A stretch of DNA of 50,659 nt from an uncultured Bacilli bacterium (GTDB taxonomy: Bacteria > Bacillota_I > Bacilli_A > RF39 > UBA660): contig CANQFG010000004.1 of assembly GCA_947598395.1 (NCBI GenBank), forward strand, positions 1 through 50,659. The letters run 5' to 3'. Of the stretch, positions 45,122 to 50,659 are shown in pieces. The translations under genes were made by a program, and so were the position numbers. The notes below the pieces were generated by a model. That model was not told where the DNA came from. It did no database searches and was given only the letters and a program-made list of their open reading frames with translations. The number at the start of each line of letters is the position of its first letter. The stretch's first letter is position 1.

Positions 45122-45767
45122 CGATGCGATACCCCATTCCCTTGACGGTCTTGATTACATCCGTTCCCAATTTTTCCCGTAGGCGCTTAAAATATACCGT
45201 AACGGTATGATCATCGACATAGTTACCCGTACATTCCCATATTTTATCCAAGATGACATTGCGGCTGACGACACTTCCCAAATTATTAAAAAGTAAATTA
45301 ACCAAATTTAATTCAATGGGCGTCAAATCGATCTCTTTATCGCCTTTAAAAAGCACGGCTTTATCGATATTAAAGGTTATATCTTTTACTTTAATTAAGA
45401 CTTTCTTCTCCTTATGCCGGAAAACTTTATTCACACGAGCTAGCAATTCCTTAGCACTAAAGGGTTTCGTTATGTAATCTTCAGCTCCATTATCGAGACA
45501 CTTGACGATGGTATCCTCTTCATCAAGAGCGGTTAAAAAGATCGTGGGGATATTTAAATTCTTGATTACCTCTTCATAAAGATGCAACCCATTGCCATCG
45601 GGCAAAGTTATATCGAGGATAATTAAGGCGATATCTGAGTGAGTCTTTAAATATTCCTTCGCCTCTTTGATATTAGTTATACTCATCAAATGAAGATTAT
45701 TCTTTTCGGCATAATAGACGAGACCCTTTATAATTGAAACATTATCTTCTACTAATAAAATATTCAT
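45111..45767 (-). CDS. OmpR-family response regulator
   Basis: Receiver domain (IILDITLPDG) plus a winged-helix domain (VKGMGYRI). GGGAG RBS. Confidence 0.88.
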   Translation of the reverse strand: MNILLVEDNVSIIKGLVYYAEKNNLHLMSITNIKEAKEYLKTHSDIALIILDITLPDGNGLHLYEEVIKNLNIPTIFLTALDEEDTIVKCLDNGAEDYITKPFSAKELLARVNKVFRHKEKKVLIKVKDITFNIDKAVLFKGDKEIDLTPIELNLVNLLFNNLGSVVSRNVILDKIWECTGNYVDDHTVTVYFKRLREKLGTDVIKTVKGMGYRIDEE

Positions 45768-45806
45768 GCATACGACTCCCTTTAAATAATTATAACATAT
45801 ACAAAT

Positions 45807-48392
45807 TTAAATATTTTCATTGCGGATAACATCGATGATATTTTGTTTATTTATCTTATTTATCGAATATTGCATAATTATAATTATGAGAAAGAATACG
45901 GTAATAATACTGATAATGATAGCTAATATAGGTAAATCATATCCGGTTTCATTAAAGGCTTTATATATGCCATAGGAAATAAGAACTCCGATGGGAATGC
46001 CAATAATTAGAGCTTTGAAACCGATGAATAGACTTTCGAGGCGAATGAGGCGATAGAATTCCTTTTTAGTCATGCCAATCGATCTTAACATGGCAAATTC
46101 GCGCCGCCTTAGTTCCATATTAGTAGTAATGGTATTGAAGATATTCGTTATTCCAATTAAAGATACGACGATGATAAAGCCATATAGGAAAATTCCGACT
46201 AGTGTAAGTAAATTTTTCATGGTCTTAACCGATTCTTCGGTATTATTTAAAATATATATTTCATTTCCTAAATAGGCTTCGATTTCATCTTGTAATTTGG
46301 AGGCATTATTAGATTGATAATATATTTGTAATGTCGTCGTATCGGCCAACTCATCAAAAAGTTCATCGCTGATGATCAATATTTTATCGTTGCTGGTTTG
46401 CAAGCCAAAGGGAAGTTTATCGCTGATGGCGCCAATTTTTAAGGTATAATTATCACTTTTTTTGAGGCGTCCACTCATGGTATCGCCAACTTGATAATCA
46501 AAGACCTTGACCTTCTTTTGCTTATAGATATTATTATTTTTATCATAGACGGCAATATTTTCATAATAGTCATATAATATGGCCTTATCTTTCATATCTT
46601 CGTAAGTTAAGCCGAGCATTTTGAGATATCTTTTATATTGATCGGTACCTACGGCATAAAAGTAGATGCTTTCTTCATCGTCCGAATCCGAATTAAGTAA
46701 ATTTTGATACTCAGAAGTATATTTAGCATGGACGATTTCGATCCATTCATAGCGAACTATCGATGAGGTGACGATATTATCGAAAGTGGTCGTATTGACG
46801 AAATTTTTCAAATTCGTATTATTGACCGCGCTCGTCGAAAGGACGAGATTATATTCGGTATAGTTTATCTCCTCTCTTATCTCCTTATAGGCCATATTCA
46901 TAAATGAGGATAAGCCGATAAAGACGAAGACGGAGGTAATGATGGAAAAAACCGTCGTACGATATTTCCTCTTGTTGCGTTTTAAATTTTTCATGGAGAC
47001 GACGCCACCGATGCCGAATATTTTAGCAATTATCTTAGGAGAATGCAGATGGCGGGGATTGATCTTGATATCGGCACTATTGCGGATGGCATCGATGGGA
47101 GCAATCTTCGCCGCCTTGCGCGCACTTTTACGAGCCGAAAAATAGATGGTTATAATACCTAATAAGAAGGAGACCACTAAGGCTAACCACGAAAAGTGAA
47201 ATTCGAGATCAATGGCCCCTTCGGAAATGGACTTAAAATAATAGTTGCTGATTAAGACGAGGAAAAAGGATGCCAAAAAGCCACATAATATTCCCAAGGG
47301 AATGCCGATGAAGCCTAATATTGCCGCTTCATATAAGACATTTTTCCGGATTTGCTTCTTCGTGGCTCCAATACTTTTGAGCATGCCATATTGCTTGATC
47401 TTTTCCGTAATGGAGATATCGAAACTATTCTTTATACAGACAATCGAGGTAAAGATGATGATACCAATGACGATCGTTAGAACCGTACCTAAACCGGCAA
47501 TTCCACTATTGCTAATAGGATTAGTCTCTAAATTTATTAGATACGTATTAATATTGATATCATATTTAGCTTTAGCTAGTTCCCGATCATACTCATCATA
47601 GGATACATCGCCATGGGTATTAGCTCGCACAAATAAGTCGCGATTTATTCCCAAGATATCGGCCGTAAGCGAATAAGCATTTTTGGTTCCCTCTTTGGTA
47701 TAACGTGCAAAGACATCGACATAACCAGCTAAATTGGCTTCATCCATATAGGTTATAAAGGTATATCCCGGTGCCGAAAAGCTTTCAATATTCGTAGCTG
47801 GCCTTTCGATTATACCGACAATTTTATAAGTCTTAGAATTAGTATCGACGATTTTTTCCGATGTCTCTTCTTGAAAGGGATTATTTTGAAATAATTCATA
47901 ATTGTCTAAGCTCATTCTCTTCCCGACATCCAAGGTAATGGTATCGCCAATATTTAAGACGAGTCGACCATTAGTTTTTAGATGCGATGGAATAATGATT
48001 TCGGTCGCATTTTCAGGCAATCGACCTTGAATTAACTTTATCGATAGATTATTTAAAGCGCTTTTCGTAAAGGCCTTGATAAATGCATATGGTTTATACG
48101 TATTTTTCGAAGCAATTTTGGCATAACCGATATCTTGCGTCACATTGACATCGGCTATACCCCGGTTATTGTGAAAGACAAAGAGATCGTCGACAGGAAC
48201 ATGATAATAGGCAACATGAAAATTCCCCTTCTGCGTTATTTCATATTTTATTATCGAAGCAATACCACTGACATACATCGAGGCAACTGCCGTAATTAAA
48301 GATACCGATAAGATTATGCCAATGATCGTGACAATCGTCCGTTTTTTATTCAACTTTAAATTTTTAATCGTCAATTGATTCAACAAATTCAT
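45807..48392 (-). CDS. Large FtsX-family ABC permease with two FtsX modules and two extracellular domains
   Basis: 861 aa with the pattern TM-ECD-(3 TM) repeated twice. FtsX-like segments (e.g. MLKSIGATKKQI, MLRSIGMTKKEF). ATGA overlap with the ATPase gene. Confidence 0.8.
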   Translation of the reverse strand: MNLLNQLTIKNLKLNKKRTIVTIIGIILSVSLITAVASMYVSGIASIIKYEITQKGNFHVAYYHVPVDDLFVFHNNRGIADVNVTQDIGYAKIASKNTYKPYAFIKAFTKSALNNLSIKLIQGRLPENATEIIIPSHLKTNGRLVLNIGDTITLDVGKRMSLDNYELFQNNPFQEETSEKIVDTNSKTYKIVGIIERPATNIESFSAPGYTFITYMDEANLAGYVDVFARYTKEGTKNAYSLTADILGINRDLFVRANTHGDVSYDEYDRELAKAKYDININTYLINLETNPISNSGIAGLGTVLTIVIGIIIFTSIVCIKNSFDISITEKIKQYGMLKSIGATKKQIRKNVLYEAAILGFIGIPLGILCGFLASFFLVLISNYYFKSISEGAIDLEFHFSWLALVVSFLLGIITIYFSARKSARKAAKIAPIDAIRNSADIKINPRHLHSPKIIAKIFGIGGVVSMKNLKRNKRKYRTTVFSIITSVFVFIGLSSFMNMAYKEIREEINYTEYNLVLSTSAVNNTNLKNFVNTTTFDNIVTSSIVRYEWIEIVHAKYTSEYQNLLNSDSDDEESIYFYAVGTDQYKRYLKMLGLTYEDMKDKAILYDYYENIAVYDKNNNIYKQKKVKVFDYQVGDTMSGRLKKSDNYTLKIGAISDKLPFGLQTSNDKILIISDELFDELADTTTLQIYYQSNNASKLQDEIEAYLGNEIYILNNTEESVKTMKNLLTLVGIFLYGFIIVVSLIGITNIFNTITTNMELRRREFAMLRSIGMTKKEFYRLIRLESLFIGFKALIIGIPIGVLISYGIYKAFNETGYDLPILAIIISIITVFFLIIIIMQYSINKINKQNIIDVIRNENI

Positions 48393-49066
48393 GAACTTTC
48401 CTCCGTTGCGATTTTCCCATCTTCAATTTTAATTATCCGATCGGCATATTTAGCTATTTCCATATTATGCGTAATCATGATAATCGTCTGTTTTAAATCT
48501 CTATTCGACTTCTTGAGAAGGGCGACGATTTCATCACTGGCCTTCGAGTCCAAATTTCCCGTCGGTTCATCGGCCAAGATCAAAGCAGGATGCGTAATCA
48601 AAGCGCGACCAATACTCGTCCGTTGTTGTTGACCACCCGAAAGCTCATTGGGAAGATGATTTTGGCGATGCTCTAAGCCCAACGTCTTTAATAGACTATT
48701 TAAAGTTTCGGGATCAATTCCGCGATTATCTAAAGCTAATGGCAACGTAATATTTTCGACGACATTTAGAATGGGAATCAAATTATAAAATTGATAAATG
48801 AGGCCAATTTGCCTTCTCCTAAAGATAGCTAACTTATCATCATCAAAGTTATAAATATCCTGTCCCTCGATGAAGACTTTGCCCGATGTTGGCCGATCCA
48901 CCCCACCAATGAGATGTAAAAGCGTCGATTTCCCACTGCCACTAGCTCCGACAATGGCGACAAATTCCCCTTTTTCGACAGAAAAGCTGACATTATCTAA
49001 GGCCATTACTTTGGTCGTACCCTTGCCATATATCTTTGTTAGATTGCATACTTTTAATATTTCCAT
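48389..49066 (-). CDS. MacB/LolD-type ABC transporter ATP-binding protein
   Basis: GASGSGKSTLLH, LSGGQQQRT and LILADEPTGNLD. GAGGAAGGA RBS. Confidence 0.9.
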   Translation of the reverse strand: MEILKVCNLTKIYGKGTTKVMALDNVSFSVEKGEFVAIVGASGSGKSTLLHLIGGVDRPTSGKVFIEGQDIYNFDDDKLAIFRRRQIGLIYQFYNLIPILNVVENITLPLALDNRGIDPETLNSLLKTLGLEHRQNHLPNELSGGQQQRTSIGRALITHPALILADEPTGNLDSKASDEIVALLKKSNRDLKQTIIMITHNMEIAKYADRIIKIEDGKIATEESS

Positions 49067-49090
49067 TAGTTTTCCTTCCTCTCATCATAC

Positions 49091-49124
49091 ATTATATTAC
49101 AATCAAAGTTACAACTAAGTTACT
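49091..49124 (-). promoter_or_regulatory. Putative regulated promoter: three helically phased (T)GTAA(C/T) direct repeats abutting a TATAAT -10
   Basis: The - strand reads GTAAC-N6-TGTAAC-N6-TGTAAT immediately followed by ATAATG, giving TATAAT at 49096-49091. Repeat spacing is 11-12 nt. Confidence 0.4.
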
Positions 49125-49150
49125 AAATCGTACTTTTTTATTCTTTCGAT

Positions 49151-49176
49151 TAAAAAAGCAAACGATTACGTCTGCT
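49151..49176 (-). terminator. Rho-independent terminator after XRE paralog A
   Basis: The - strand reads AGCAGACG-TAAT-CGTTTGCT, 8 bp with one G-U pair, followed by T6. Confidence 0.65.
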
Positions 49177-49205
49177 CATCAATTTTAATTTTTTTACCCA
49201 TTATC

Positions 49206-49712
49206 TTAAGATAGAATAAAGGCAATCGTATTACAGATAACGGCAATAAAGAATAATATACCCGTAATTAAATCCGTCTTATCTTTTCTTATCTTATAAC
49301 GGCTAAAGAAGGTAACACAATTATAGGCACATAATAAATTGACGATCGCCGCCATCGAGATACTTTTAAAAAATGATATTAGTATTAAAATGATCGAAAA
49401 GAGAGCCATGCCAATAATGCCATATTTCATCGCTTTTAAATTGACTAATTCCGTTAATTTGATAATATTTTCTTCGCTCTTCTTGGCAATATCCTTCTCT
49501 TCAATTTCTTCGCCCGCAAGAATTTCATTGATCGTAACATCTAATATTTCACTTAGGGGTTTGAGCAATGACATATCCATCAAGCATAAGCCCCTTTCCC
49601 ACTTGCTGACCGCATTTTTAGTAACACCTAATTTTTCAGCTAGTTCTTCTTGTGTCAAATTTTTTAATTTTCTTTGACGGGCAATAAAGTTACCAATTTT
49701 TTCTTGATCCAT
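49206..49712 (-). CDS. Membrane-tethered XRE-family HTH regulator (paralog A)
   Basis: HTH MDQEKIGNFIARQRKLKNLTQEELAEKLGVTKNAVSKWERG, then three TM helices. AAAGGAG RBS. Confidence 0.8.
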   Translation of the reverse strand: MDQEKIGNFIARQRKLKNLTQEELAEKLGVTKNAVSKWERGLCLMDMSLLKPLSEILDVTINEILAGEEIEEKDIAKKSEENIIKLTELVNLKAMKYGIIGMALFSIILILISFFKSISMAAIVNLLCAYNCVTFFSRYKIRKDKTDLITGILFFIAVICNTIAFILS

Positions 49713-49883
49713 GTTTTTTAACTCCTTTCAAGAAGAACTATAACTTTAAATATTGTTTTTTTAAACATACCATAGGTTTACTTTAAGAGATTATTATTTA
49801 TTCACTATCATACATCTGTCCATGAGCAACATTTCCCAACAATCGTCCATATTCAAAGATATTAAAATTTAATATAAAATATA

Positions 49884-49912
49884 TTGCATCGAGAACAAAT
49901 GTTTGATATAAT
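49884..49912 (+). promoter_or_regulatory. Near-consensus extended -10 sigma-A promoter for the 29-aa ORF
   Basis: TTGCAT (49884-49889), a 17-nt spacer ending in TGA, then TATAAT (49907-49912). Confidence 0.6.
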
Positions 49913-49974
49913 TTCATCAGGAACATTTAATAGTTGGGTGATTGCCAAACTTCATAAAGAAGGGAGGCGATAGT

Positions 49975-50064
49975 ATGAATAAGAAGGATTTTTTAATTCT
50001 ATCTTTAATCATTATTATCTTCCTATTAGTATTAGTATTACTACTATTTATAGTTTTAATATAA
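49975..50064 (+). CDS. 29-aa hydrophobic peptide, homolog of the 2122-2196 ORF (candidate type I toxin-like)
   Basis: GGGAGGCG SD followed by ATAGT before the ATG. Product is MNKKDFLILSLIIIIFLLVLVLLLFIVLI. It shares KDF-I/L-hydrophobic-IIIF-LVL and the SD-to-ATG context (GAGGYGATAGTA-ATG) with the first copy. Confidence 0.5.
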   Translation: MNKKDFLILSLIIIIFLLVLVLLLFIVLI

Positions 50065-50175
50065 AAAGAAAATCACCTAACTCAGCAATGATTTAGGTGA
50101 AACCAAAATTACATTGGCAACACTCAACATGCGAAATTGAATGTTCCTCTTTTATTTTATGCAAGTTTCCTTGAC
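50063..50175 (-). ncRNA. Candidate ~110-nt antisense small RNA convergent to the 29-aa ORF
   Basis: The - strand promoter is TTGATA (50210-50205), 17 nt ending in TGT, then TATTAT (50187-50182). The terminator is TCACCTAA-(12 nt)-TTAGGTGA (50100-50073) followed by UUUUCUUUUU, which reaches the ORF stop codon. Confidence 0.35.
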
Positions 50176-50191
50176 AAATACATAATAACAT

Positions 50192-50215
50192 AAAAACGCA
50201 CTTTTATCAAGTACG
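50192..50215 (-). terminator. Rho-independent terminator after the KilA-N-like gene
   Basis: The - strand reads CGTACTT-GATAA-AAGTGCG, 7 bp with one G-U pair, followed by T5. It overlaps the -35 of the antisense RNA promoter. Confidence 0.5.
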
Positions 50216-50359
50216 CTTTCCGAAAAAGTTCGAACAAAACGTCACTGTTGCTGTAAAGGAAAGGGTACGACAACTATATCAATTTTTTATTTAAATATAA
50301 CATGGTACGGATATTCCTTTTTATCAATATCGTTTAAATTTAATTCAAGTTTGTCATAG

Positions 50360-50659
50360 CTATTTAGTACTTATTAATTTTTTATTTAAATCTTCTAATT
50401 CTTTTATAGATTTATCATTTGCTAATATTTTCATTTGCCTAATAGCTGAATTATTAAGCTTTATCAATCTTTCTTTTTGTGGTATGCCATCGTTAATAAG
50501 TTCAGCATTTGTATTTTCTAAATTACATAAAATAAGTAAATGTTTTAAATCCGTATAATCTCGAATATTTCCTTCAATATTGGGATTTTTATCTCGCCAT
50601 TCTTTTGCAGTCATCCCAAATAAAGCAACATTTAAAACGTCAGCTTCTTCAGCATACAC
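50360..50659 (-). CDS. 3' part of a gene truncated by the window edge; resembles the C-terminus of KilA-N/phage-associated DNA-binding proteins
   Basis: The ORF is open to the window end. The segment YAEEADVLNVALFGMTAKEWRDKNPN..GNIRDY...LENTNAELI matches, from memory, the conserved tail of KilA-N-domain proteins. The leading M in the track is an edge artefact (GTG). Confidence 0.4.
   Translation of the reverse strand: MYAEEADVLNVALFGMTAKEWRDKNPNIEGNIRDYTDLKHLLILCNLENTNAELINDGIPQKERLIKLNNSAIRQMKILANDKSIKELEDLNKKLISTK

Noticed and set aside
6939-48632. Other antisense or embedded track ORFs. Examples: 6939-7271, 7859-8176, 9799-10014, 11159-11494, 14748-15071, 16697-16996, 23064-23478, 25119-26057, 27815-28233, 35283-35594, 35716-36018, 40859-41152, 47245-47601, 48375-48632.
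   Set aside because: Each overlaps a longer ORF with clear family motifs on the other strand or in another frame. Several simply mirror Ser/Thr- or Asp/Glu-rich repeats. None has an independent RBS or signal.
1-50659. Looked for rRNA, tRNA, CRISPR repeat-spacer arrays, transposase/integrase genes and reverse transcriptase ORFs.
   Set aside because: No regularly spaced direct repeats, no cloverleaf-like or rRNA-like conserved stretches in intergenic regions, and no ORF with recombinase or RT (YxDD) motifs were seen. The absence of an RT and template repeat weakens the DGR hypothesis within this window.

Overview
Low-GC Bacillota-type chromosomal segment that uses the standard genetic code. 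Almost everything is transcribed on the - strand; only recU-ponA and a PilB-like ATPase gene are on the + strand. Housekeeping blocks: engB-pilin, der-x-ygjP-trmH, recU-ponA, rpsB-tsf, an M29 aminopeptidase, rarA, a CDF transporter, trxB and a membrane GDPD. These are interleaved with accessory material. (1) 63-4109: two tandem paralogous surface proteins with a formylglycine-generating-enzyme / C-type-lectin fold. Their C-terminal ~130 nt form a GC-rich, adenine-poor mosaic of invariant and radically different codons, which is DGR-variable-region-like, but no RT or template repeat is in the window. Paralog A also has a G8 homopolymer inside its predicted promoter spacer. (2) Two homologous 24/29-codon hydrophobic ORFs (2122-2196 and 49975-50064). 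Each faces a convergent promoter-plus-terminator-bounded small RNA, which makes them candidate type I toxin-antitoxin-like modules of an apparently undescribed peptide family. (3) 22956-29049: a 1726-aa secreted M60-like zinc peptidase carrying a dockerin-type double EF-hand. It is translationally coupled to a membrane-anchored protein whose N-terminal beta-domain looks cohesin-like. (4) 34826-49712: an envelope-stress / peptide-antibiotic resistance island. It holds a GntR-ABC-ABC2 unit, a BceRS-BceAB-type module with TTACA-N4-TGTAA boxes, a second ABC/FtsX + two-component module, and three paralogous membrane-tethered XRE regulators. (5) An isolated prepilin gene between engB and der, and an isolated PilB/GspE-like ATPase with long non-canonical tails. 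No rRNA, tRNA, CRISPR array, transposase or reverse transcriptase was recognised. All functional calls come from motifs read by eye in the supplied translations. No database search was run.
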